A DNA stretch of 42,676 nt, from NCBI GenBank assembly GCA_964372275.1, contig CAYJRR010000019.1, forward strand, positions 1-42,676, read 5' to 3'. A program made the position numbers and the translations under genes. Each line of letters opens with the position of its first letter. Within the stretch, counting starts at the first letter, position 1. Positions 1 to 8,469 of the stretch are shown piece after piece. This stretch comes from an uncultured bacterium. GTDB taxonomy: Bacteria > CAYJRR01. Under the pieces are notes generated by a model. It made no database searches. It was not told the origin of the DNA and saw only the letters and a program-made list of their open reading frames with translations.

Positions 1-948
1 CGGGACCGACGGTGTTCGATGCGCCGGAAACAGATCGGCGAACGCGCCGGCGCCGGCCCCGGCGATCGGATGCTCGAGGAAGGACCGCCAAGCCCCGCGC
101 ACGATCGCGAGCCGCTCGTCGACGCTCATCCGGAGGAGGCCGCCGACGACGCGCCGGGCCAGAGGTCCCAGCGCGGTGGCGGCCGCGGTTCCGACGACGG
201 CCAGCACCGCGGTCAGCCCGAGGAGTTGGCGGCGCCGCATGCCCTTTGCCAGGAGCCCCGCCGATGCGGCCGCGCCGACCAGCGCCACCGCGATGCCGGC
301 GCGGGAGACGCTGAAGGCGATGCCGACCCCCAGGACGGTCGCCAGGGCGCGCAGCGTCGACGGTGGGATCCACGTGCGGGGCTCGACCTTCGGATCGAAG
401 AGGGCGAGTGCGAGCGATAGCGGAAGGGCCATCGTCACCGCCAACGCGAAGTGGTTGCGGTTGGCCAGCGGAAAGGCGGCGAAGGCGTTCCCGGGGCCCC
501 CCGCCGCCAGGCAGACGACGACCGCGACCAGCGCGATCGAGCCGGCGAGCCAGACGAGCAGCGCCGCCTGCGCCTGCACCCCCTTGGGGGTCGCGGCCGC
601 TTCGGCGGCCACCCGGAAGACGACCCACGCCAGGAGCGCGGTCCCCACGGCCCCCGGCACCGCGGCGGACGAGACCGCCCAGGCACCGCTCGCGGCGTAG
701 AACGCGATGGCGGCCGCCGCCGCGGCGTCGAGCCGGCCCAGCGACACGAACCGCTCCCGGCCGGCCGCGACCCGCACCAGGAGCGGAAGCGCGAGCGCGG
801 TGACGAGGAGGAGCGAGGCCGACTTCGACCCCGGGCTTCCGACGCCGTTCATCGCGTACAGCAGCGCCATCGCCGCCGCCGGGGCCGCGGACGCCATCGT
901 TCGGGCGTGCGGCCATCCTCGTGACACGTTCCGGGCCGAGCCGGTCAC
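1..948 (-). CDS. O-antigen ligase / Wzy-family polysaccharide polymerase (3' end runs off the window)
   Basis: Not in the ORF track; translated by hand. Multi-TM protein with ANRNHFA, SRAG and ERLAIVRGAWRSFLEHPIAGAGAGAF motifs typical of Wzy_C. In-frame GTG at 948 (3 bp after the wzc stop) or ATG at 897. Confidence 0.8.
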   Translation of the reverse strand, partial: MTGSARNVSRGWPHARTMASAAPAAAMALLYAMNGVGSPGSKSASLLLVTALALPLLVRVAAGRERFVSLGRLDAAAAAAIAFYAASGAWAVSSAAVPGAVGTALLAWVVFRVAAEAAATPKGVQAQAALLVWLAGSIALVAVVVCLAAGGPGNAFAAFPLANRNHFALAVTMALPLSLALALFDPKVEPRTWIPPSTLRALATVLGVGIAFSVSRAGIAVALVGAAASAGLLAKGMRRRQLLGLTAVLAVVGTAAATALGPLARRVVGGLLRMSVDERLAIVRGAWRSFLEHPIAGAGAGAFADLFPAHRTPSVP

Positions 949-951
949 GGA

Positions 952-3060
952 TTATGCCGGCCGTCCCTCGTCGGCGCGGCGTTCGGATTCCGCGGCCACG
1001 GGCTCGGTGCCGTCGGTCTTCGGCTTGTACGAGTAGTCGTAGTCGTAGTAGTAGTAGCCGTACTCGTAGTGCATGCGGGAGCTCAACTTCTGGTTGAGCA
1101 CCACGCCGAAGAACTTCGCGCCGGCCGCTTCGAGCTGGCGGCACGAGAGCCGGGCACGCTGCCCTTCCACCGCCCCGGCGGAGATCACCATCAGCACGCC
1201 GTCGACCATCGGTCCCAGGATCGTCGCGTCGGCGACCGGGAGCTGCGGCGGCGAATCGATCAGGATCCGGTCGTACTGGGTGCGCCAGTGCGCGAGCAGC
1301 TCCTTCATCCGCGCCGACTCGAAGAGGCTCGTCGGGTTGGGGGCGAAGGCGCCGGCGGTCAGGACGTGCAGGTTCGGATGGGCCGGCACCGACACGGTGT
1401 AGTCGCTCGCGGTCCCGACCTTCTCGATCAGGAGGTTGGTGACGCCCGGGACGCGGCGCAGGTTCAGCCGCTCGTGGACCGCCGGGCGCCGCAGGTCGGC
1501 GTCGATCAGAAGCACCTTCTCTCCGGCCTCCGCCATCACCATGGCGAGGTTGGTGGAGACGGTCGTCTTCCCCTCCTGGGGCGTGGTGCTGGTGACGAGG
1601 ATGACGCGGCTCTGGTCCTCGGGCCTCGAGTAGATGAGGTTCGTGCGCAGGCTCCGGAACGCTTCGACGGTCCGCGCGCCGATCGCCCCACGGTCGGCCG
1701 ACTCCTTCGCCGAGACCTGGGCCTGCGCTTCGCGCGAGATCTTCCGCACGACGCCGAGCACCGGCAGGTTGAGCAGCTTCTCCACCTCCTCCTCGGAGCG
1801 GACCGTCTGATCGAGCGTCTCCTGCACCAGCGTGAGGCCGATCGCCAGGAGCAGTCCGGCGGCGAACCCCAGGGCCAGGTCGCGGGGCGGCTTGGGGGAG
1901 ATCGGACGACGGGCGTCGGGCAGGGTCGCCACCTCGAGCACCTCGATGCGGCTGCGGCGGTCGTCGGCGAAGAGGTTCTTCTCCTTGAGCTCCTTGAGCA
2001 GCAGGTTGAACAGCTCGCGGTTGAGCTCCGCATCGCGCAGCAGCATCCCGTAGCGGATCCGCTTCTTGTTCTCCTCGGTGACCCGCCTCCGTTCGTGGCC
2101 GATCTGCGCGCGGAGGATCTTGACCTCCTCCTCCAGCCTCTCCATGCGCGGATGTTTGGCGGTCAGGTCGAGCCGCGCCAGCGCGAGCGCCAGCTCCTTC
2201 TGGGAGAGGTCGGCCTCCAGCGAGGTGAGGGTGTTGGTGGCGGTCGGGTTGAGCGCTTCCGACGCATCGCCGGAACCGCCGGACAGCAGGCCGATGTTCG
2301 CCGTCTCGATGTACTGGAGCAGCGCGAGGTCGCCGTTCTCGACTTGCGACTTGATCCCGGCGAGCTGCTCGTTGAGCCAGGAGAGCTGGCGGATCTGGCT
2401 CTCCACCCGCATCTGAAGGTCGCTCCGGGCGTAGACCTCGGAAAGGGTGTTGGCGATGTCGCGCGCCAGCTCGGGGGTCGAGGCCCGCGCGGTGATCCGG
2501 ATCATCGAGGCGCCGTGCACCCCTTCGACGCGGATCTGCTCGCGCAGCCACCGGGTGAGGGGACTCGCCGCCGTGCGCGCCGACGGGCTGCCGGCGACGG
2601 ACGCCGGCGAATCGGCGGCCGCAGGCCCGAACGACGAGCCGGCGACGGCGGCTCCAGGGCCGCCGGCGAGCCCGAGGGTCGTCGCGTCGGCGGCGACCGG
2701 CGCGGGGGGGCGCACCATCCGCAGCGCCTCGACCCTCGACGGGAGGTCGAGCGCCACCGCCGCGGCGTTGAGCACACGGTCGGTCTGGATCAACTCGATG
2801 TGGGCGCCGACGTTGGTCTCGTCCTTGGTCCGCTGCTGGAACGGCGAACGCGAGTCGAGGTGGCTGAACGGCGCCTGGATCTCGACCAGCGTCGACGCCT
2901 CGTAGGTCGGCGGTCGCGAAAAGGTGTAGATCGCCGCAACCGCCACCCCGGCGAATCCGGACGCGACGACCCGCCGCCAGCGCTTGCGCAGGACGAGCAG
3001 CGCCTCCTTTGCCGCCAGCGCCCGGAACGGCTCGTTGAGACCCAGCGTCAGCGAATTCAC
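952..3060 (-). CDS. wzc: Wzc-type polysaccharide co-polymerase with fused BY tyrosine kinase
   Basis: Two TM helices flank a coiled-coil periplasmic region; Walker A TPQEGKTT, A' LLIDADLR, B ILIDSPP; C-terminal Tyr cluster YEYGYYYYDYDYSY. Confidence 0.93.
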   Translation of the reverse strand: MNSLTLGLNEPFRALAAKEALLVLRKRWRRVVASGFAGVAVAAIYTFSRPPTYEASTLVEIQAPFSHLDSRSPFQQRTKDETNVGAHIELIQTDRVLNAAAVALDLPSRVEALRMVRPPAPVAADATTLGLAGGPGAAVAGSSFGPAAADSPASVAGSPSARTAASPLTRWLREQIRVEGVHGASMIRITARASTPELARDIANTLSEVYARSDLQMRVESQIRQLSWLNEQLAGIKSQVENGDLALLQYIETANIGLLSGGSGDASEALNPTATNTLTSLEADLSQKELALALARLDLTAKHPRMERLEEEVKILRAQIGHERRRVTEENKKRIRYGMLLRDAELNRELFNLLLKELKEKNLFADDRRSRIEVLEVATLPDARRPISPKPPRDLALGFAAGLLLAIGLTLVQETLDQTVRSEEEVEKLLNLPVLGVVRKISREAQAQVSAKESADRGAIGARTVEAFRSLRTNLIYSRPEDQSRVILVTSTTPQEGKTTVSTNLAMVMAEAGEKVLLIDADLRRPAVHERLNLRRVPGVTNLLIEKVGTASDYTVSVPAHPNLHVLTAGAFAPNPTSLFESARMKELLAHWRTQYDRILIDSPPQLPVADATILGPMVDGVLMVISAGAVEGQRARLSCRQLEAAGAKFFGVVLNQKLSSRMHYEYGYYYYDYDYSYKPKTDGTEPVAAESERRADEGRPA

Positions 3061-3067
3061 GGAGACC

Positions 3068-3943
3068 TCAAAAGATCCTCGTCGGGACGATGATCATGTC
3101 CCCGGGCTCGAGCAGCACGTCCTTCTTCTTGTCGCCGTCCTTGAGGATCGATCCCAGCTCCAACGGCATCGTCGACCGGCGACCGTCGCGGGAGCGGATC
3201 ACCTTGGCCCGGTTGGGGGCGGCGAACTTCGTCAACCCCCCGGCCGCCAGGACCGCGGAGAGGGCCGATCCCCCTTCGCCCAGCCGGAAGATCCCCGGTC
3301 GCGCCACCTCGCCGACGATCGTCACGCTCCTCTCCTGGCCCTCGACCACGGCGCCGTCGGTGGCCTTCTCGGCACCGGGCACGAAGATGATGTCGCCCGT
3401 GGTCAGCGGCGGATTGGCGGCGTCCCCGTGCCCCGCCGCGAGCAGCCGTTCCATCGACAGGACCATCGGCTCCGGCGAAGGGGTCTCGTCGGCGCGGCCC
3501 TGCTGGATCAGCACCACCTGTCCGATCGACGAGGCGGTCGCGCCGCCGGCCTCCATCAGGACGTCGAACAGGCGGCGGTCGCCGCGCAGCACGTAGGTCC
3601 CGGGCCGTGCCATCGCCCCCAGCACGTAGACCTTCTGGCTCTGGAAGTCGGCGACCGAGATCCGGACCTGCGGCGACTTGAGGAAGGTCTTGAGACGCTC
3701 GGTCAGGAGATCGTCGACGGCGTCGGTCGAAAGCCCCGCGACGGGGATCTTCCCGACCAGGTCGAGCGAGATCTTCCCCTCGTCGTCGACGCCGTACTTG
3801 CCGGAGAGCGACGCGGTCTCGGGCAGGACGACGATCTCCAGGACGTCGCCGGGGCCGAGGCGGTAGGCGGCCCGCGCGTCGCCCGACGCGGTGAACCCGG
3901 CGATCGCCGCGGCCCACGCCAGGACGGCCCGCGCCGCGGTCAG
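3068..3943 (-). CDS. OPX/Wza-family polysaccharide export protein (Poly_export + 2 SLBB, no lipobox)
   Basis: YRLGPGDVLEI...DEGKISLDLVGKIPVAG, VYVLGAMARPG, VGEVARPG, LEPGDMIIVP. Start probably CTG at 3943, with GGAGG 6 nt upstream, overlapping the barrel stop codon. Confidence 0.88.
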   Translation of the reverse strand: MTAARAVLAWAAAIAGFTASGDARAAYRLGPGDVLEIVVLPETASLSGKYGVDDEGKISLDLVGKIPVAGLSTDAVDDLLTERLKTFLKSPQVRISVADFQSQKVYVLGAMARPGTYVLRGDRRLFDVLMEAGGATASSIGQVVLIQQGRADETPSPEPMVLSMERLLAAGHGDAANPPLTTGDIIFVPGAEKATDGAVVEGQERSVTIVGEVARPGIFRLGEGGSALSAVLAAGGLTKFAAPNRAKVIRSRDGRRSTMPLELGSILKDGDKKKDVLLEPGDMIIVPTRIF

Positions 3944-5133
3944 AAGCTGCCTCCGAGCCGAAGCGCCGCCCGGTTCACCTCGATCGCTTCGGCGTCGTCT
4001 TCGGGCAGCGTCTGGTAACGACCCGCGGTGATCTCCAGCAGGCCGATCGAGAAGCGGTAGCCGAACGACAGGTCGGCCTGCACGTAGCGGTTGTCGACCC
4101 GCGGAAGGGCCGCATCGATCGACGACCGTTCGAACAGTGACGCCTGCGCTCCGTAGGTGGCGCGCAACCCGACGTTCCACCAGTCGAGCGGTGCCACCGA
4201 CAGATCGGCCGCGACGGTCTGGGCCTCCACCGGCTGGCCGGTCACGTCGAGGGTCAGGCGGTTCTGCGCGCTCACCCCCCAGGTCACCAGGGCGCCGCGG
4301 GAGCGCGTCGACAGCTCGACGCTCGCGCCGTCGTTCGTCTCGCCGGCGTCGTTGGTGACGCGCTGCCCCCCGACGTTCGCCTGGACCGACAGCCACTCCC
4401 CCGCCTCGTACCCGAGCCCCACCATCGCCTGGTGCCCTTCGAGGCGCGAAATCTCCGGGGCGGCCGCCTTCTCGTCGTAGAGGTGGGTGCGGTAGCCGTA
4501 GCTCAGCGAGAGTTGCATCCGCGCGGTGATCTCGTGACCGAACCGCGCACTGGGGCCGAAGGACAGGTAGTCCTGCATCGTCTCCGGGTCGGGATCGTCG
4601 GGACGCAGTTTGAAATAGTCGACGCGCTCGGCGTCGTAGCCGACGCCGAAGCCGGTGCGTTGGCCGAGGCGGGTGCGCAGGCCGACGCGGCCCGAGAGGC
4701 GGTTCCCCTGCACGTTGTTGGCGGGGTCGTCGGTCGGACGGCTCGACTGCAGCGGGCGCGGCATCAGATGTTCGTTCACCTCCAGGTCGACGTTCTCCCA
4801 CCAGATCACCGCCATCCGGGCGGCGAGGTCGTGGAGGAGTCGGTCCTGCTCCTTCGCCTTCTGGTACTGAAAGTAGAAGAGCGAGTAGCGCAGCGACGTC
4901 TGGAGACCCCGCGTCTCGAGCGATCCGGAGACGGTCGGACTGACGGTGAGGATCGTGTCGGCCTCGGCCGCGTTCCCCACGGCGCCGTTGACGTTGCTGC
5001 TGTACTGCGCCTGCGTCGACACCTCGGCGCCGAGATCGCCCGCGGCGCGGGCGCGCACCGGAGCGAAGACGGGGCCCACGAGCGTAGCGCCGAGGAGGAG
5101 GGGGAGGGAGGCCGATCTCGAACGGGCGGGCAT
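3940..5133 (-). CDS. Outer-membrane beta-barrel associated with polysaccharide export (EpsX/Wzp-like)
   Basis: Signal peptide, alternating amphipathic strands, C-terminal Phe (LRLGGSF), immediately upstream of OPX and wzc. Confidence 0.8.
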   Translation of the reverse strand: MPARSRSASLPLLLGATLVGPVFAPVRARAAGDLGAEVSTQAQYSSNVNGAVGNAAEADTILTVSPTVSGSLETRGLQTSLRYSLFYFQYQKAKEQDRLLHDLAARMAVIWWENVDLEVNEHLMPRPLQSSRPTDDPANNVQGNRLSGRVGLRTRLGQRTGFGVGYDAERVDYFKLRPDDPDPETMQDYLSFGPSARFGHEITARMQLSLSYGYRTHLYDEKAAAPEISRLEGHQAMVGLGYEAGEWLSVQANVGGQRVTNDAGETNDGASVELSTRSRGALVTWGVSAQNRLTLDVTGQPVEAQTVAADLSVAPLDWWNVGLRATYGAQASLFERSSIDAALPRVDNRYVQADLSFGYRFSIGLLEITAGRYQTLPEDDAEAIEVNRAALRLGGSF

Positions 5134-5139
5134 GTCGGT

Positions 5140-6585
5140 CTAGTTCGTCCCCTCGACGTCGCTGCCGACCACGATCACGATGTCCACGTCGGACCCGAGC
5201 CCGTTCGTCTCCTGGAGCGAGGCGCCGCCCGGTACGGCGATCGACTGCGCCAGCCTCCTGGCCTCCTCGGCGAAGGCGGAGGTGAAGAAGAGATTCGTCG
5301 CCTTGCGGGTCTCGGCGATGGCGGCGATCTTGGTCACGTTCGTCCCGCCCTGCTTGAGCGCGTTCGCGAGCCGCACCGCCTGGACCTCGGTCCCTTGCGC
5401 CGCGAGGACCTTGACGCGCGCCGGCGCCGCGGCGACGTCGGCCTTGGCCGCGGTCAGCACCAGGAACTCGACCCGCCGGTTCTTCGCCTTCATCGCTTCG
5501 ACGAAGGAGGGGAAGATCGACTTCGACCCGCCCATCCCCTTGGCCTCGACGGCGTCCTTCGACACCCCGAGCGATTTCAACTCCGCCACGATCGCATCGG
5601 CCTGCTTCTGCGAGGTCGGAACCGGGTTGGGATCGGTCGGATCGAGGTGCGCTTCCACCCGAAGCTTCACTTCGGGGTGCGCGTCGAGCACCGCCGCCAG
5701 GTCGGCCAGCGCCTTCTTGGCCGTCGCCGGCACGGAGGTCGACTGACCCTGGAAGACGACGCCGTCGAGGCTGAAGCGCTCGTTCGCCTGCATCTTCGCC
5801 AGGAGCGCCCGCTGCGCCGGTTTGAGCGCGGCCCCTGGCACCAGCGGTGCGGCGACCGTCGGGAGGAGCGGCGTCGGAACGGGCGGTGGCGTGGCCGGCG
5901 GAAGGCCGACGACGAGCGGCGGCGGCGGCGTCGGCTCGACCGTCGGGATCGCGGGCGTTCCTCCCAGTTCCCAGCACGGCCGCCCGGGCAGCCGGCGGCT
6001 GCCCACCTTCGAGCGAAGAGCGGCGACGAAGTACTCGGCGACGTCTTCGGCGGCGGAGAGGAGGGGCCGCCCCGAGGCGCTGACGATCGATCCGGGGGTG
6101 CCGTTGTAGGTGGCGATCCAGAGCAGGTCCCCCGCCTCGACGCCGACCAGACGCAGCGTCACGCTGAAGGTGGGGAACGCGCCGCGCCGGGAGAACCGCG
6201 GGGGGCGAAGCTCGTATTCGGTGACGGTTCCGGTCAGGACGGCTTGAACGCCGAGCGCCCCGCCGGCCGCGCGCGCCGACGACGCGTCGACCTCCGCCGC
6301 CGACACCCCCATCCCCTGCATGACCCGCAGCGTATCGGTCCGTTCCCGCACGTAGAACGACTCGTTCCGCACCATGCCGAGCGCGACCAGGTCGGCCATC
6401 GCTTCGCCGGCGCCGGGGGTGGTGGAGAGGTTCTCGAAGGGGAGGACCGCCAGACATGCCACTTCGTGGATCTGGCGCGGCGAGGTCGCGACGTCGCGCA
6501 CGCGCCCCGCCGCGCAACCGGTGGCGAGGATCAGCGAAGCCGAGAACAGGAGAGGGGTCGGAGATCGAGGTCGTAGGGCGTTCAA
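5140..6585 (-). CDS. Lipoprotein: PelC/DUF799-like domain + Pro-rich linker + OmpA-like domain + LytR_C-like domain
   Basis: TTG start at 6585 overlaps the upstream stop; lipobox LATGC; CLAVLPFENLS..GAGEAMADLV...GVQAVLTGTVTEY; OmpA-like VEAHLD...KNRRVEF; C-terminal VKVLAAQG...DVDIVIVVGSD. Confidence 0.72.
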   Translation of the reverse strand: MNALRPRSPTPLLFSASLILATGCAAGRVRDVATSPRQIHEVACLAVLPFENLSTTPGAGEAMADLVALGMVRNESFYVRERTDTLRVMQGMGVSAAEVDASSARAAGGALGVQAVLTGTVTEYELRPPRFSRRGAFPTFSVTLRLVGVEAGDLLWIATYNGTPGSIVSASGRPLLSAAEDVAEYFVAALRSKVGSRRLPGRPCWELGGTPAIPTVEPTPPPPLVVGLPPATPPPVPTPLLPTVAAPLVPGAALKPAQRALLAKMQANERFSLDGVVFQGQSTSVPATAKKALADLAAVLDAHPEVKLRVEAHLDPTDPNPVPTSQKQADAIVAELKSLGVSKDAVEAKGMGGSKSIFPSFVEAMKAKNRRVEFLVLTAAKADVAAAPARVKVLAAQGTEVQAVRLANALKQGGTNVTKIAAIAETRKATNLFFTSAFAEEARRLAQSIAVPGGASLQETNGLGSDVDIVIVVGSDVEGTN

Positions 6586-8444
6586 CGTTGCGCTCCGGGG
6601 CCGAGGGTCTTCGCGATCTGTTCGGCGAGCCCGCCGAGGGCCCGCACCGACGTCTGGTCGCACTGCGCCCCCGTGCCGTTGACGAGCAGGCGTGCCGCGC
6701 CCGGAGGGCCGTTGACGTCGATCACGGTAAAGCTGCCCGACGCTTCGGTGATCGAGCCGCTGTCGTAGAGATGCACGAGGAGGACGGCGTCGACCGGCGG
6801 GGAGAGGAGGGAAGCGATCCCGAGCGCCGTCTCCTCGTCGTAGGCGCCGCCCGACGCGGAGACCGACTTGTCCGGATGCCGCTTGTTCCACGCGTCGATG
6901 GCGGCCTCGAGCGACCTGGACGAGACGGCGGTCACCCCGGCGAAGGCCAGCGCGGTGTGGATCTTCTCCTCGGCCATCCGCTCCTTCGACGCGTCGCCCT
7001 TCATCGCGCCGCCGTCGGAGAGGACGGCCACCGTCCGGATGCGCCGCCGCCGGTCGGGCGGCGCCAGCATCAGCGAGGCGTGCTGGCGCTCGCAGTCCCC
7101 TCGCAGATCGCGTTCGACCGAGGCGGTCGCGACCGGCGAGAAGAAGCTCGTCGGCGGCGTCGTGGGGTCGGCGACGTCGGCGGTCGGACGCCGGGACGAT
7201 TCTCGGTCGAGGACCGATTCGCTGATTCCCAACGCGAACGTCCCCTCCGTCGGGCCGTCCGCGGCGGACGGCGCGTGACGTTGGTTCGCCGGTCGATCGA
7301 ACGGCGCCCGGATCTTGAGGGGCGGCGCCGTGGTGGTGCGGTCGAGGTGGGGCTGCAACAGGTCGAGCGCGCCGACCGCCAGGTCCATCGTCACCGGGAG
7401 GCCGGCGTACTCGGCGAGCGGTTCCGCTTCCGCCGCGGACGCCGCCGAAGACACGCTTCCGGTGCGGGCGCGCCCGGCGCCGCCGACGGCGTTGGCCATC
7501 TTTTCCACCGGGACGCCCAGCTTCTTCAACACCGCGAGGTACTCCCCGTCGCTCGAATCGCGGCGCACCAGGCGCACCCGACCGCCGAGATCGACCGGGT
7601 CGACGCCGAAGACCGAGACGACGTGCCGCCCGGCCTTGAGGAACGTCGTCGTCCCCTCCCTCCACCCTTCGGCACGCTTGGACCCGACGCCGTTCTCCTC
7701 GCAGCCGTCGATGCGGAAGGTCACGTCTTTCGGAACGCCGTTCGCCTCCAGGGTGTAGATCCCGTCGACCGGCGCCGTCAGCGGAATGCGGTCCCAGGCG
7801 ATCGCCACGGGCGGCAGCGCCTCCGCCGCCGGAAGTCGCCCGTCCTGCCGGATGGCGCGCACCAGCGTGCGGGCCATCGTTCCGAACGAGAGCTCGGCCC
7901 CCGCCGACCATCCGCTGGCCGGCGCGATGTAGTGGCAACCGGTCACCAGTGAGATCGTCGGCGCCGGGAGATCGGCCGCGACCGTCGCCGCGATCGAGTG
8001 CGGCCCCTCCAGCATCGGATAGCGGCCGACGTCCTTTGCCGCGCCCGCCCGATGGCGGGAGACGAGGACGGCCGACTGGTCGTCGACGCGTACGAACGAC
8101 GGGCGGCGCGGCCGCGCCGCCACCACGTAGATCGACGACTTCGGAAGGACCAGGTCGAACCGCCAGGTCTTCTGGCCGTCCATGTCGTTGACCAGCTTCG
8201 GTTCGGGCGTCGTCTCCGACGTCGGCGTGACGCGGGAGCTGAACAGGGCGATGGCGTCCTCCGCCGACAAACTGCGGAACTGCCGCGTGAGCCCGAGACG
8301 CTGCACCAGGAGCTTCACCCAATCGCCCTGGGTGAGGTTGGAGGAGCCCGGCGCCGCGACCGGCGCGAGCGCAAGCCCCAGCGCGAGCGTGAAAATCGCG
8401 CGGTGGGTCGACCGGCGTCTGGCGGATGGGCTCGTTCGTCGCAT
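6582..8444 (-). CDS. Secreted hypothetical protein (two helix + beta-sandwich modules, C-terminal CsgG/LpoB-like alpha/beta domain)
   Basis: ATG 8444 with GAGGAGG RBS; signal peptide; stop overlaps the next gene's start. Domain calls are by eye. Confidence 0.65.
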   Translation of the reverse strand: MRRTSPSARRRSTHRAIFTLALGLALAPVAAPGSSNLTQGDWVKLLVQRLGLTRQFRSLSAEDAIALFSSRVTPTSETTPEPKLVNDMDGQKTWRFDLVLPKSSIYVVAARPRRPSFVRVDDQSAVLVSRHRAGAAKDVGRYPMLEGPHSIAATVAADLPAPTISLVTGCHYIAPASGWSAGAELSFGTMARTLVRAIRQDGRLPAAEALPPVAIAWDRIPLTAPVDGIYTLEANGVPKDVTFRIDGCEENGVGSKRAEGWREGTTTFLKAGRHVVSVFGVDPVDLGGRVRLVRRDSSDGEYLAVLKKLGVPVEKMANAVGGAGRARTGSVSSAASAAEAEPLAEYAGLPVTMDLAVGALDLLQPHLDRTTTAPPLKIRAPFDRPANQRHAPSAADGPTEGTFALGISESVLDRESSRRPTADVADPTTPPTSFFSPVATASVERDLRGDCERQHASLMLAPPDRRRRIRTVAVLSDGGAMKGDASKERMAEEKIHTALAFAGVTAVSSRSLEAAIDAWNKRHPDKSVSASGGAYDEETALGIASLLSPPVDAVLLVHLYDSGSITEASGSFTVIDVNGPPGAARLLVNGTGAQCDQTSVRALGGLAEQIAKTLGPGAQR

Positions 8445-8469
8445 CGTGAGGTCCCTCCTCCGTGGCTCC

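Noticed and set aside
3068..6517. 1149-aa ORF as a giant Wza fusion
   Set aside because: Only the last 291 codons are OPX; the rest overlaps the barrel and lipoprotein genes in another frame.
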